The notes under the pieces are model-generated. The model had not been told where the DNA came from and searched no databases. It saw only the letters and a list, made by a program, of their open reading frames with translations. From IMG/VR virus record IMGVR_UViG_2767802241_000002, positions 1 to 64,000 of that record: a stretch of 64,000 nt of DNA; one strand, 5' to 3'. Source of the stretch: a virus (taxonomy: Duplodnaviria; Caudoviricetes). Every line of letters starts with the position of its first letter. Position 1 is the stretch's first letter. This document shows, piece by piece, positions 19,526-30,097 of the stretch. A program made the translations under genes and the position numbers.

Positions 19526-19792
19526 GTGAGTTTGGATAAGGATGCATTGAATTTGGCGTATCGCTGGCAGAAGCAGTTTTTAAAAGGTTGGTTTAAGGAC
19601 CAGTGGTATGACGCCCTAGATTATCTAGAAGCGACTGCAAAATTCTTCCTGATACTTTTGCGGTTTTTATTTTCACCAATCCTTTTGATTTGGATGCTTT
19701 GGCATTTAAAGGGTGTCTATAAGCAGATCGCAAGCGGTGAAGCGAATCGCGAAAAAGTTCGCAAAAAGATTGAGCAGTGTGAAAAGTATTAA
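19526..19792 (+). CDS. Hypothetical membrane protein
   Basis: Hydrophobic FFLILLRFLFSPILLIWMLW segment; start uncertain. Confidence 0.65.
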   Translation: MSLDKDALNLAYRWQKQFLKGWFKDQWYDALDYLEATAKFFLILLRFLFSPILLIWMLWHLKGVYKQIASGEANREKVRKKIEQCEKY

Positions 19793-19802
19793 GGTGATGG
19801 GT

Positions 19803-20294
19803 ATGAATGCGGCGGTGACGATTATGCAAGCGGTTGATTGGTCTAAGTATGATTTACAAGATTGGCTAAAACAGTTTGGCTTGTGGCAAAACTCAGTATT
19901 TGTCAGTGGTGGTGGTGAAAACCCAATTTATCAAGCCATGCGCAAGGCTAAGTTAAAGTTATCTGAAAAAGATAGGTGTAAAATAATTGCATATTATTTA
20001 TGTGACGAAAACTTTAATGATAACGTGAGAGGATCAAGGGCTGTGTGTTTAATTACTGATGATGAAGCACGAGCAGTTCAGCGGTTGGTTTTAGATATAG
20101 TAGATTACACAGAAAGTGAAGTTATGCTGGAGTGGATGGATGCGATTATTTGTAGATACTTTAAATTAAGATCATGGTCAGAAATGAAGACCAATCATAG
20201 AACGGTTATGGATGCAAAATATGATATTCGGTGTGGCTTAGCTGTTTTACACAACAGAAACCCTCAAATACGCTTTACTAGAGGAAAGATTTAA
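19803..20294 (+). CDS. Late antiterminator Q-like protein
   Basis: LQDWLKQFGLW, CLITDDEA..V..L motifs; position before late promoter. Confidence 0.75.
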   Translation: MNAAVTIMQAVDWSKYDLQDWLKQFGLWQNSVFVSGGGENPIYQAMRKAKLKLSEKDRCKIIAYYLCDENFNDNVRGSRAVCLITDDEARAVQRLVLDIVDYTESEVMLEWMDAIICRYFKLRSWSEMKTNHRTVMDAKYDIRCGLAVLHNRNPQIRFTRGKI

Positions 20295-20371
20295 GTTAAC
20301 TACTTGTTTATTATCTATAAAGCCCAATTCATATATTAATAGCCGTGTTAGAAAATAGGTGAATTTTAAGT

Positions 20372-21277
20372 ATGACAGATCATCAGAAGCCAATTAAGTT
20401 AATTACAAAATATGAAGAAATAACATCTAGACCAAGGTTTATAGAAAAGGCAGTTTTAGATGATAGTGTTAGTGATGGGGTTAAGCTTCAAGATTTGGCT
20501 GGATATTATTTGCTGAAGAACAAGGTGAAGTGTGGTATTTCAAGCTGCGGTACTCAGCATCAAAAAGGATATCTAGCTGTCTTGTCAAATGGTAGCGAGA
20601 TTATTCTTGGTCATAACTGTGGTAAAAAATATTTTGGCATTACGTTTGATGAGAAAGAAAATCAGTATAAGCATCTCAGGGAGAATGTGCGACAGTATGT
20701 CTTAATTAAGGAGACGTACGAAAATTTAGAGAGATTAGAGGCTACATATAATTTAGTCATAAATAAATCTGGGCGATTAACTTATGTTGAAATAAAAAAT
20801 GCGGTGAAGGCATTCCAAGGTGACGCGTTTGATTACTGGATGCGGCAAATCATTGGCAGAGAGGTTTCAGCTTTAGGGGTGATTAAGCGAGAAGAGTTTA
20901 AATCTCAGGATGAGATAGATGCTGAAAAGCTGATGAGTAATGGGAGACATAGGAGAATATCTAGTACTCGACGTAAAGTAGTTGCTGAGATAAAAAACTA
21001 CGATTTAATTGCTAAATGGCATGAAGCTGACAATTTAAGAGATTACTTTTGGAGGATTCATCGTGAAATCAAAAATCCAGACCATATGTCTACAGAACAA
21101 GTTAAAAGCCTGAGTAAAAAAATGCGGAACTATGATCAAAATTTAAGGCTATTAAAAGAATTCTGCGAAGGTGGAAATAAACTTTTCACCAAAGACAACC
21201 TGCTACAACTAAGAGAGCTGTTTACTAAACATAGTGAAATTTTGAAGGTTGAGAGTTTTGCGGAAAAATTTGCATAA
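20372..21277 (+). CDS. Moron, hypothetical protein with N-terminal Cys/His zinc motif
   Basis: AT-rich; CGISSCGTQH..GY...GHNCGKKYFG; sits between Q and late promoter. Confidence 0.8.
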   Translation: MTDHQKPIKLITKYEEITSRPRFIEKAVLDDSVSDGVKLQDLAGYYLLKNKVKCGISSCGTQHQKGYLAVLSNGSEIILGHNCGKKYFGITFDEKENQYKHLRENVRQYVLIKETYENLERLEATYNLVINKSGRLTYVEIKNAVKAFQGDAFDYWMRQIIGREVSALGVIKREEFKSQDEIDAEKLMSNGRHRRISSTRRKVVAEIKNYDLIAKWHEADNLRDYFWRIHREIKNPDHMSTEQVKSLSKKMRNYDQNLRLLKEFCEGGNKLFTKDNLLQLRELFTKHSEILKVESFAEKFA

Positions 21278-21280
21278 TGC

Positions 21281-21309
21281 TTGACCTTGATCAAGGCACA
21301 TGGCATATT
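21281..21309 (+). promoter_or_regulatory. Late promoter PR'-like
   Basis: TTGACC-N17-CATATT followed by a terminator ~40 nt downstream. Confidence 0.6.
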
Positions 21310-21350
21310 TATGGCATAGTGACCGAAGTGTAAGTAAGTCACTAGTTAAG

Positions 21351-21377
21351 AAGCTCGCAGAAATGCGAGCTTTTTTG
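21351..21377 (+). terminator. tR'-like intrinsic terminator
   Basis: AAGCTCGCA-GAAA-TGCGAGCTT then T-run. Confidence 0.85.
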
Positions 21378-21524
21378 TTGGAACTTTTTTAGTTTTAACA
21401 TTGTCGTAAGCCTCAGTTCGTGGCATTAGATTTCCTTGTCTAGCACATCATAGGTGCGTAACGAATTAGACAACTCTAGTGAAGTTTCATGACGACCGCC
21501 TGTTCGTGTCGATACAGGCAATTT

Positions 21525-21570
21525 GCGCCTATAGCTCAGTGGATAGAGCATCTGTTTATCTGGTTCGAAA
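21525..21570 (+). pseudogene. tRNA gene remnant (Arg-like 5' end)
   Basis: GCGCCTATAGCTCAGTGGATAGAGCA acceptor/D arm, then GGTTCGAA; anticodon arm and 3' acceptor strand absent. Confidence 0.6.
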
Positions 21571-21728
21571 TTTTTTATGACTCGCTAAATCTTGGGTAAC
21601 ATATTATTGATCACCATATGTTATGATTCTCAAAAATATACATACATATAATGATCAAACGTATAACAAATAGTTTGATAAATTGGTGTATTTTGGAAAA
21701 TCATTTTCGAGATTCAAGGTGATGCTTT

Positions 21729-21971
21729 ATGCATACAAGACATTTAACGTTGAGAAATCAGAAAACCTCTCAAGAAGTATCTTATCATCAATACCTATCT
21801 TCACCTGAGGTTCTAGCGTGGTTGGATGATAATAATAAAGAGAGAGTGAGTGATGCTGAGCTGATTAAAGTACTTGATTCTATAACTGGATTTAATCGTG
21901 ACCCTGTTAATCCAGAAGTAATCGTCAAGATTAATGGTGTGGACCATGATTTAGTTACATTCGGTTATTAG
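21729..21971 (+). CDS. Hypothetical moron protein
   Basis: AAGGTG RBS; terminator at ~22018-22043. Confidence 0.65.
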   Translation: MHTRHLTLRNQKTSQEVSYHQYLSSPEVLAWLDDNNKERVSDAELIKVLDSITGFNRDPVNPEVIVKINGVDHDLVTFGY

Positions 21972-22055
21972 TGTGTCATTACCTTAAGTTGAATAATGAC
22001 ATGAATAAGTGATTAACAAAAACCATCTTAGGGTGGTTTTTTTATGGGTAGAGCA

Positions 22056-22697
22056 ATGGACCAAATCAGACCATTCCCACCAACTGACTTCATTGATCAG
22101 GCTGAGGAAGAAGAAGCTATACGCTTGGTACCCGCCGTCGATCTAAAACAGTGGGTAGTAGATAACTTTTTAACGCTTGGCGGTGCTTTACATAATCCTG
22201 ACCATGACCACGTTGCTGAGTTATTACATGATGACGAAACCTTTTTAGCCTTTGCATGGGCATCATCTGCCGCCGTGGCTAAAAAGCGCATGGTGTTAGG
22301 CCAATGTGAAAAGGTGATGTTTAATCAGGGCGGATGGAAGAAAGCACGACAGGAACAACAGATGCGCGACTGGTTCGGCGCCGTACCGGTTTATTTAATT
22401 ACCATTGATGCTTCATTCTGTGAGCAAACCTCAGACCGTGATTTCTGTGCTTTGATCGATCATGAGCTTTATCATATTGGTGTTGAACGTGACGAAGACG
22501 GCGAAATTATTTACAGCGATCATACTGGCTTACCTAAACATTACTTAGCTGGTCATGATGTCGAAGAATTTATCGGTGTGGTCAAACGATGGGGAGCAAG
22601 CGAAAGCGTTAAACGATTAGTCGAGGTCGCACAGAATCCGCCGTTTGTACCAGATTTAGACATAGCAAAATGCTGCGGAAACTGCGTAATCAATTGA
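22056..22697 (+). CDS. Putative phage metallopeptidase
   Basis: HELYH and HDVEEF motifs, upstream of terminase. Confidence 0.85.
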   Translation: MDQIRPFPPTDFIDQAEEEEAIRLVPAVDLKQWVVDNFLTLGGALHNPDHDHVAELLHDDETFLAFAWASSAAVAKKRMVLGQCEKVMFNQGGWKKARQEQQMRDWFGAVPVYLITIDASFCEQTSDRDFCALIDHELYHIGVERDEDGEIIYSDHTGLPKHYLAGHDVEEFIGVVKRWGASESVKRLVEVAQNPPFVPDLDIAKCCGNCVIN

Positions 22698-22755
22698 GCC
22701 GAAAGGCTCTTTTTTTTGCCTATCTTGCTATACGTAGCTATACAAAGGTGAGTTT

Positions 22756-23298
22756 ATGGCAGCACTAAAAGAGCCTGTAAAAATCTTTATAGTTCAGTCT
22801 CTTGCATGCTTCGACACACCCCAACAAGTTGTAGAGGCTGTAAAGCAAGAATATGGGATTGAAATTACACGTCAGCAGGTCGCACTTTATGATCCAACCA
22901 AGGTTGCAGGGCGGAATCTTAGCAAGAAGTTAAAAGACTTATTTCATAAAACTAGAAATGATTTTAAAACCAATGTTTTTGATATCCCTTTAGCCAATAA
23001 AGCAGTACGCCTTACTGAGCTACAGAAGATATATAACGACCCTAAGGTAAATCGGATTCTGAGAACTAAGCTAATCAGGCAGGTTAAAGATGAAATGCAG
23101 GGTTACGAGATTCAACTTTTAGATATTCAGTTAAAGCAGCTTGAAATTGAGCGAATTAAAACAGGTGACGGGGACGGCGCAGATGATCCAACGCCAGTCA
23201 AAGTCACGATTCAAGTTGTAGATGCGAGTAAAGATAATGCCGAATATCAACCCGACGCTGAATGTGCCTCAGGCGAGGTTTCTACAACTTCCGAATAA
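22756..23298 (+). CDS. Terminase small subunit (DUF2280-like)
   Basis: FIVQSLACFDTP..V, YDPTK; overlaps terminase large subunit. Confidence 0.85.
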   Translation: MAALKEPVKIFIVQSLACFDTPQQVVEAVKQEYGIEITRQQVALYDPTKVAGRNLSKKLKDLFHKTRNDFKTNVFDIPLANKAVRLTELQKIYNDPKVNRILRTKLIRQVKDEMQGYEIQLLDIQLKQLEIERIKTGDGDGADDPTPVKVTIQVVDASKDNAEYQPDAECASGEVSTTSE

Positions 23299-24523
23299 GT
23301 TTCGCGCCTTTGTTGCTGGTTTTGGTAGCGGTAAAACTTGGGTCGGGTGTTCAAGCCTATGTGATAAGTCTTGGGAGTTCCCGAAAGTACCTTTGGGTTA
23401 TTTTGCTCCAACCTATCCACAGATTCGAGATATCTTCTTTCCAACCATTGAAGAGGTGGCATTTGACTGGGGGTTAAAGGCTAAGATCTACGAGTCAAAC
23501 AAAGAAGTTGATCTTTATTATGGTAGGCAATGGCGCAGCAAAATACTTTGCCGATCAATGGAGAAGCCACATACGATCGTAGGTTTTAAGGTTGGTCACT
23601 CTTTAATTGATGAATTAGATGTCATGAATAAGGATAAGGCTCAACAGGCATGGCGTAAGATTATTGCGCGTATGCGTGTGAATCATCCTGGTCTAATCAA
23701 TGGCATTGATGTTGCAACCACACCAGAGGGCTTTAAATTTACTTATGAGCAATTCGTAAAAGAAGCAAACTCAACATCTGAGAAACGTGCACTCTACGGC
23801 ATGATACAAGCCTCAACTTATGACAATGCTAAAAATCTACCTGATGATTATATTTCATCGTTATTTGAGTCATATCCGCCGCAGTTAATCTCGGCATATT
23901 TAAAGGGTCAGTTCGTTAACTTGACCAGTGGCGCCGTTTATCCTGATTTTGATCGAAAACTTAACCATACGGACGAGGAAATTAAGTCTAGAGAGCCGTT
24001 GATCATTGGTATGGACTTTAACGTATTGAAGATGGCTGCAGTGGTTTACGTGATACGTGAAGGTAAGCCATTGGCGCTTGATGAGTTGGTAGATGCGAGA
24101 GACACACCAACGATGGCTAAACTGATTAATGAGCGTTTCCCATTCCATGAAATTACGGTGATACCCGATGCCGCAGGTCAAGCCAAGTCATCTAAAAACA
24201 GTAGTGAGTCAGATCATGCAATTTTAAGGGAGCATGGCTTTAGAGTTGAAGTTGATGGCACAAACCCTGCGATTAAAGATCGTATTAACGCCGTGAATGC
24301 TTTGATTTTGAACGGCGATGGAGAGCGGACACTCAAGGTCAATACAAACAAATGTCCACGTTTCACTGAGACGCTAGAACAGCAAGTTTATGACAAGTTT
24401 GGTATGCCTGATAAGACTGCTGGCTTGGACCATGTTGGTGATGCTGGTGGATATCCATTGGCTAAGCGTTTTCCGATTATACGGAGAGTTGTTAGTGTTC
24501 GCCGTATCAGAGGCATGTTTTAA
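23237..24523 (+). CDS. terL: Terminase large subunit
   Basis: AGFGSGKT Walker A, IDE Walker B, GMDFN nuclease, DHVGDA. Confidence 0.95.
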   Translation: MPNINPTLNVPQARFLQLPNKFRAFVAGFGSGKTWVGCSSLCDKSWEFPKVPLGYFAPTYPQIRDIFFPTIEEVAFDWGLKAKIYESNKEVDLYYGRQWRSKILCRSMEKPHTIVGFKVGHSLIDELDVMNKDKAQQAWRKIIARMRVNHPGLINGIDVATTPEGFKFTYEQFVKEANSTSEKRALYGMIQASTYDNAKNLPDDYISSLFESYPPQLISAYLKGQFVNLTSGAVYPDFDRKLNHTDEEIKSREPLIIGMDFNVLKMAAVVYVIREGKPLALDELVDARDTPTMAKLINERFPFHEITVIPDAAGQAKSSKNSSESDHAILREHGFRVEVDGTNPAIKDRINAVNALILNGDGERTLKVNTNKCPRFTETLEQQVYDKFGMPDKTAGLDHVGDAGGYPLAKRFPIIRRVVSVRRIRGMF

Positions 24524-24562
24524 ACAACGCATCCAGTTGGGTGCTTTTTTATTGGTATTTAT

Positions 24563-25960
24563 ATGGCAGTTACAGATCAACATCCGCAGTATGCTGCGAC
24601 TAAAAAAAGCTGGCAAATTATGCAGGATGCGAGTTCTGTAGCTGGTGAAGATACGATTAAATTGGCAACTACAACCTACCTGCCAAAATCCGCAGGAATG
24701 ATAGAGGCTGAGCGCCAGGATATCTTAAACCGCAGTATTTACGATGGGTATTTGATGCGTGCTCAGTATCCATTATGGGTACAAGACTCATTGCGTACAA
24801 TGATTGGTCTAGTATCTAAGCTCACACCAGATATTCAGATCAAAAGCCCATTACTGGCGCACCTAGAGCAAAATGCCACAAGTGATGGCTTTGGACTTAA
24901 GCAGCTGCTCATACGGGTGGTGGATCAAGTGCTTCGGTCTGGGCGTTGCGGGATTTATATTGATGTTGATGATCAGGGCAAGCCTTACTTTGCCCTATAC
25001 GATGCGCTATCAATTATAAACTGGAAGGAAAACAGTGTAGGTGGTCGCCGTGATCTGAACTTAGTGGTGCTCGAGGAGCAATACAACAATAGTGAAGATG
25101 AGTTTGGTCATAACACCAGGACAGTACGCCGTGTATTAAAACTGGTCAATGGTGAGCTGGTTGTTCAGCTTTATGACGGCGATACAATTGAAGATAAAAC
25201 CCCGTCGATTGGTGATAAAAGACTTAATTTCACCTTGTTTGTATTTGTGGGTGCCACGGATAACTCGCCCGATGTTGGTACGATTCCTCTATTAACCATG
25301 GCTAAGGCTGCGATCAAGTATTATCAATTGTCAGCAGATTACTTCCAGTCACTACACCACACGGCGCATCCTCAACCATGGATTAGCAATATGAATGGTG
25401 ATGATGGTGGTGACTTAAGTGTGACTGGTCCAATGGCGACTTGGCTATTACCCAAGGATTCGACATGCGGGTATCTCGAAATTAATGGCGTGGGTATTGA
25501 TAAAACCAAAGCCGAAATGGATGCTCAAAAGAATGCCGCATTAGAAGCGGGTGCCAAGGTTATCGATACCAACTCGCAAGAGTCGGGTGAGGCACGCCGT
25601 GCGCGTCAGGATGATCAGCATGCGAGTTTGCATAGCATTGTGACCTGTGCAGCTGAAGCCATTGAGCAGGCACTTAAATACGCAGCTCAGTGGCTTGGAC
25701 TAAATCCCGATGATTGTGTATTCACAGTTAAGCCTGAGTTCTCAAATAAATCCTATGACATTGAGCTTGCTAAGCAATTGCTCGAAGGCGCATTGGCGAG
25801 TCGAAACGCATTCCAAACCTACTGGGAGTACTTGGCGACTGGCAAGATGCCTGAACGAGACTACAAGGAAGAATTGGAGTTGGTTGAGCAAGAGATAGCT
25901 TCAAGACCTAACGGCGGATATATTCCATTTCAGGATGTAGATGATGAGCAATCAGGTTGA
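24563..25960 (+). CDS. Portal protein (DUF4055-like)
   Basis: Follows terL; size; YLPK...Y..RA motif. Confidence 0.88.
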   Translation: MAVTDQHPQYAATKKSWQIMQDASSVAGEDTIKLATTTYLPKSAGMIEAERQDILNRSIYDGYLMRAQYPLWVQDSLRTMIGLVSKLTPDIQIKSPLLAHLEQNATSDGFGLKQLLIRVVDQVLRSGRCGIYIDVDDQGKPYFALYDALSIINWKENSVGGRRDLNLVVLEEQYNNSEDEFGHNTRTVRRVLKLVNGELVVQLYDGDTIEDKTPSIGDKRLNFTLFVFVGATDNSPDVGTIPLLTMAKAAIKYYQLSADYFQSLHHTAHPQPWISNMNGDDGGDLSVTGPMATWLLPKDSTCGYLEINGVGIDKTKAEMDAQKNAALEAGAKVIDTNSQESGEARRARQDDQHASLHSIVTCAAEAIEQALKYAAQWLGLNPDDCVFTVKPEFSNKSYDIELAKQLLEGALASRNAFQTYWEYLATGKMPERDYKEELELVEQEIASRPNGGYIPFQDVDDEQSG

Positions 25961-27050
25961 CCAAGCGTTAATTGATGCTTTAACGCAGCACAATACATAC
26001 TTGCAGAGATTGTCAACCACAGCGGTTATGGCGTTGCTACAAAAGTTTGATCAAGTATCTTTGCAGATGCTTCGTATATTACGCGATCAACTTGAAGAAT
26101 TGAGCGAACCTGAACTTGTGGCTTTATCTGGTGCACGCTACACCACACCACAATTAAAGGAGTTGCAAGGCACTTTAAAAGCATGGCAGCAATCGATCAG
26201 TGAATCGTTACCTGAGCTTTTTACTGAGTCAGCGATAGGTTTAGCTGCCTATGAAGTGGCGTACATTTACAAGCTGGCAAACAAGAAAGCACCAGCAATA
26301 ACAGGAGAGTCGCAGTTCAAAAAGGCGAATAAGGTGCCGTATGTTGGTGGTAAGTTATTGTCTTATATGTTCCCTGATGTTGCTCAAGATTTAAGAGATA
26401 AGGTTGAGCGAACCATACGTGATGGGATTAGTAATGGGCAAACCAATCAGCAGATCATTCAGCGGATTAAAGGCACCAAGAAATTAAACTATTCAGATGG
26501 TTTACTCGATAAAACTCGCACAGTGATTGATTCTGAAGTTCGCACGGCGCGGGCACATTTAAGCTCAGAGGTTTATCTTGATACATGGAAAGCCCTAGGC
26601 TTTGAGTACACCAAGGATGTAGCAACGTTAGATGGTCGTACTACGCCGTTATGCGCTAGTCGTGATGGTCGTGTACAAAAGCTTGGAGAGGGGCATCAAA
26701 AGCCGCCGTATCACTATCGTTGTCGGACTGTGCAAGTCGGCTGTGATGCTGACGGAGATCTAAGTGGTGTACGTCCTTTTGTTGCTGATGATCGATCTGT
26801 TAAGAACATCCCTAAAGATGAACGTGCAGATAAGATTGGGCAAACAGATGCAAATACGACCTATAAGCAATGGTTTGATCGTCAAAGTGTTGAGTATCAA
26901 AAGAATTGGCTTGGTCCAAAGAGATACGAGCTATACAAAAAAGGCGATTATCCAATTGATCGTTTTATTGATCCACTGACTGGGCGAAAATTTACGTTAA
27001 GTGAACTTCGAGATATGGATGAGCAAACATTTAAGGATCTGGGATTGTGA
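25941..27050 (+). CDS. Head morphogenesis / minor capsid protein (SPP1 gp7-like)
   Basis: ATLDGRTT..C..RDG, PPYHYRCR. Confidence 0.9.
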   Translation: MMSNQVDQALIDALTQHNTYLQRLSTTAVMALLQKFDQVSLQMLRILRDQLEELSEPELVALSGARYTTPQLKELQGTLKAWQQSISESLPELFTESAIGLAAYEVAYIYKLANKKAPAITGESQFKKANKVPYVGGKLLSYMFPDVAQDLRDKVERTIRDGISNGQTNQQIIQRIKGTKKLNYSDGLLDKTRTVIDSEVRTARAHLSSEVYLDTWKALGFEYTKDVATLDGRTTPLCASRDGRVQKLGEGHQKPPYHYRCRTVQVGCDADGDLSGVRPFVADDRSVKNIPKDERADKIGQTDANTTYKQWFDRQSVEYQKNWLGPKRYELYKKGDYPIDRFIDPLTGRKFTLSELRDMDEQTFKDLGL

Positions 27051-27084
27051 AGTATAATTATCAAAAGATAAGGGTTATTACTTC

Positions 27085-27469
27085 AATGAAATATTTAATT
27101 TTAGTTTTAGGGGTGTTATGCTCAACTAGTAGCCTTGCTACCTTAAGTCAAAAGATTTTTGAAAGTAGGTATTATGACCTTTTGAATATTTATATAAGAG
27201 CAAAATCAAATAGTAATGGAATATATAAGTATGTAGATGGAAGAGAGGTCAACCCAGAGACTAGGTTCAAAACGCAGGCTGAGCGAGATTGTTTAATGTG
27301 GAAAGCTGCTAAGAATTATGCAACTTATGTCCTTGAAAACTTTGATAGATATGAAATTGCTGTCAAAGATAATATGCCATTATTTGAGAAAACAACTAAG
27401 CAAGAATGGAATACAGGTTTGAAAGATATAAATCGTAAATTACATGACCCAAGGAATAAATGCTATTAA
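27085..27469 (+). CDS. Moron, exported protein
   Basis: AT-rich; signal peptide MKYLILVLGVLCSTSSLA; terminator at 27484-27504. Confidence 0.7.
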
Positions 27470-27569
27470 CTGAACAAAAGATGACCGCCGAAAGGCGGTT
27501 TTTTATTGCCCAAAGCAAAGCCAAGGGCACCAACAAAATCCGCTAGGCGGTTATTCAAGGAATATCAAA

Positions 27570-28295
27570 ATGCCGGATCAAATCGATCTAAACAGTCCAG
27601 AAGTACAAGCAGCCATTCAAAAGGCAGTAGATGAGCAAGTGCAAGGCTTAAAAGCTAAGAATGGTGAGCTTATCCAAACCAACAAAGACCTTAAAGATGA
27701 ATTAAGCGGGATTAAGTCCCAGCTTGATGGTGTTGATCTGACAGCAGTCAAGGACTTGCTGAATAAGGCGGGTCAGGATGAAGAATCAAAACTCATTGCC
27801 GAGGGCAAGATTGATGAAGTCATTCAGAAACGTACTGAAAAGATGCGCCAAGACCACGAAAAGCAAGTGAATGCTTTAACTGAAAAGGCAGCTAAAGCAG
27901 AAGCCTATGCCAATCAGTTTAAACAATCGGTGGTCAAAGGGCAGATTGCCCAAGCCTTTAGCGGTATTGGTGGTCTAGCTGAAGCTACAGATGATGTCAC
28001 GGCGTTGGCATTGTCTCAGTTTGCCCTCGATGAGAATGGCAATGCGGTCATGATAGGTGCAGATGGTGAGCCAATCATTGGTAAAGATGGGACCAACCCA
28101 TTAAGTCCTAAAGAATGGGTGGAAAACCTTAAGGAAAACAAGCCTTACTTCTTCCCACGCGCGAATGGAACGAATGCACCTGGTTCTGGCACCACAGTTA
28201 AAAAGTGGTCTGACTACTCAGAATTAGAGCGAGCTGCAATTGCTCGCGACAATCCAAACCAATTTCAACAGTTATTAAAGACAAAGGATAATTAA
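27570..28295 (+). CDS. Capsid scaffolding protein
   Basis: Coiled-coil, GLKAKN.EL, KPYFFP; precedes major capsid gene. Confidence 0.85.
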   Translation: MPDQIDLNSPEVQAAIQKAVDEQVQGLKAKNGELIQTNKDLKDELSGIKSQLDGVDLTAVKDLLNKAGQDEESKLIAEGKIDEVIQKRTEKMRQDHEKQVNALTEKAAKAEAYANQFKQSVVKGQIAQAFSGIGGLAEATDDVTALALSQFALDENGNAVMIGADGEPIIGKDGTNPLSPKEWVENLKENKPYFFPRANGTNAPGSGTTVKKWSDYSELERAAIARDNPNQFQQLLKTKDN

Positions 28296-28296
28296 T

Positions 28297-29262
28297 ATGC
28301 CTGCAACTCGTTTAGCAGATATCTTCGTTGGTGATTACTATCAAACTTTACAGCCAGTAAATTCACCCGAAAAAACCGCCGTGTACCAATCTGGCATCAT
28401 CGCAAAGAATGATGCTTTAGATGCTGTTGCCAGTAATGGTCAAGGCACCTCAACGATTTCTTATTGGCAGGATTTGGATGCCAATGAGGAAGCCAACATC
28501 ACCACGGATGATCCTGATCAAAAGGGTAAAGTTGGTAAAGCAACTCAAGGTACCATGCGTGCACGTACGCTTTATTTGAACAAACCTTATGGGACCACTG
28601 ACTTAACAACCGAACTTGCCAACAGTGAGCCAATGCAGCACATCCGCAATCGCTATGGTAAATACTGGGAACGTCAATGGCAGCGTTACTTGCTTGGTGC
28701 AGCACGCGGTGTAATTGCATCTAATATTGCCAATGATGGTGGTGATATGGTCATTGATGCTGGTGCCGCAATGACGGCAACTGCCATGCAGGATGCAGCA
28801 TTTACTGCAGGTGATGCAGCTGACCAATTCTCAGCGATTGGTGTGCACTCTGTAGTCATGAAGCAAATGGTGCAGAAAGACTTGATCGAGTACATCAAAG
28901 ACTCGCAGGGTAACGTCATTTTAACCACTTATCTTGGGAAGCCTATCTTTATGGATGATGGTTTGACCTATGGTACTGGTAAGTATTTATCAATGTTCTT
29001 CGGCTCGGGTGCATTTGGTTACGGCGAAGGAACTCCAACCAATCCTGTAGAAGTTCAACGCGATGCCTTGGGTGGTAATGGTGGTGGTGCTGAAATCATC
29101 GTGGAGCGCAAGACATATATCTTGCAGCCTGCTGGTTTTTCTTGGATTGGTGAAGATGATCCAAATAAAACACCAACTATTGCTCAGTTCTCTGATCCTG
29201 CCAATTGGAAACGCGAATTTGATCGTAAATTGGTGCCATTCGCAGCCGTTATCAGCGGTTAA
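28297..29262 (+). CDS. Major capsid protein
   Basis: Size, position, VHS.V..., LQPAGF motifs. Confidence 0.88.
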   Translation: MPATRLADIFVGDYYQTLQPVNSPEKTAVYQSGIIAKNDALDAVASNGQGTSTISYWQDLDANEEANITTDDPDQKGKVGKATQGTMRARTLYLNKPYGTTDLTTELANSEPMQHIRNRYGKYWERQWQRYLLGAARGVIASNIANDGGDMVIDAGAAMTATAMQDAAFTAGDAADQFSAIGVHSVVMKQMVQKDLIEYIKDSQGNVILTTYLGKPIFMDDGLTYGTGKYLSMFFGSGAFGYGEGTPTNPVEVQRDALGGNGGGAEIIVERKTYILQPAGFSWIGEDDPNKTPTIAQFSDPANWKREFDRKLVPFAAVISG

Positions 29263-29301
29263 GCCATAGGGGCGAAAGCCCCATTTTAGGAGATAAAACA
29301 C

Positions 29302-29715
29302 ATGACTATTGTTGTGTATTCAGATGCTGATATCGAAAAGGTTCAAGGCATTACATATCGCAAGTTAGATGATTTTTTCGGTGCTGTCTCAGGTGCGACT
29401 GCTGTATTTATTGATGGTGATGATCCAGAAATTAAACAGGCTTATGAGTCTGCAAAAATTAAGATTTTAGATGAATTACCTACCAGTGCTCAGCCACCTA
29501 ATGGGAGTAGTACCGTGAATTGGGCTGATATCCAAGGCAAACCTAGTTTTCTAGAACTGGGCACCACGGCTACCACTGCTGCAAAAGGCGATCACGATCA
29601 TGCGATTAAAGCGCACACAGCAAGTGGTTTGGCTGCTGCAACCAATTTGCAGAACTTTGCTCAAGCATTGTCTGCACGTACAAAAGCATTAGAAGATAAG
29701 CAAACTGCAGGTTAA
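29302..29715 (+). CDS. Head decoration / head fibre protein
   Basis: WADIQGKPS..LGTTATTAAKGDHDH fibre-type motif after capsid gene. Confidence 0.65.
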   Translation: MTIVVYSDADIEKVQGITYRKLDDFFGAVSGATAVFIDGDDPEIKQAYESAKIKILDELPTSAQPPNGSSTVNWADIQGKPSFLELGTTATTAAKGDHDHAIKAHTASGLAAATNLQNFAQALSARTKALEDKQTAG

Positions 29716-29719
29716 AAAT

Positions 29720-30097
29720 ATGAGCTTTATCACCACACAAGAAGCAGAACAGAATATTGATGGCTTTTCCGCTTTGTCTGAGCGTGATAAGGCTCAATAT
29801 ATTAAGAAGAGCGCAGCGTATTTAATCGCCCGCAATGTTAAGCCGTATGATGATGTGGAAGAAGTGCCGGAGCCACTTAAAGATGCATCGTATGAAATCA
29901 TCAAAGGCATTATGGCTGGCGAGTTATACATCAATAAAGAACCGGCATTAAAGCGCAAAAGAGTGAAGGCAGAGGTTGAATCTGAAAAGGAATATCAGGA
30001 TGGTGCCGTAGCAATTAGTGCAACCGAGCAGTACATTCTTGATCTAATCAAGCCATTCACCAAGAAAAGTGCTATACAGTTTTTGCGGAGAATATAA
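29720..30097 (+). CDS. Head-tail adaptor
   Basis: Synteny and size. Confidence 0.7.
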   Translation: MSFITTQEAEQNIDGFSALSERDKAQYIKKSAAYLIARNVKPYDDVEEVPEPLKDASYEIIKGIMAGELYINKEPALKRKRVKAEVESEKEYQDGAVAISATEQYILDLIKPFTKKSAIQFLRRI

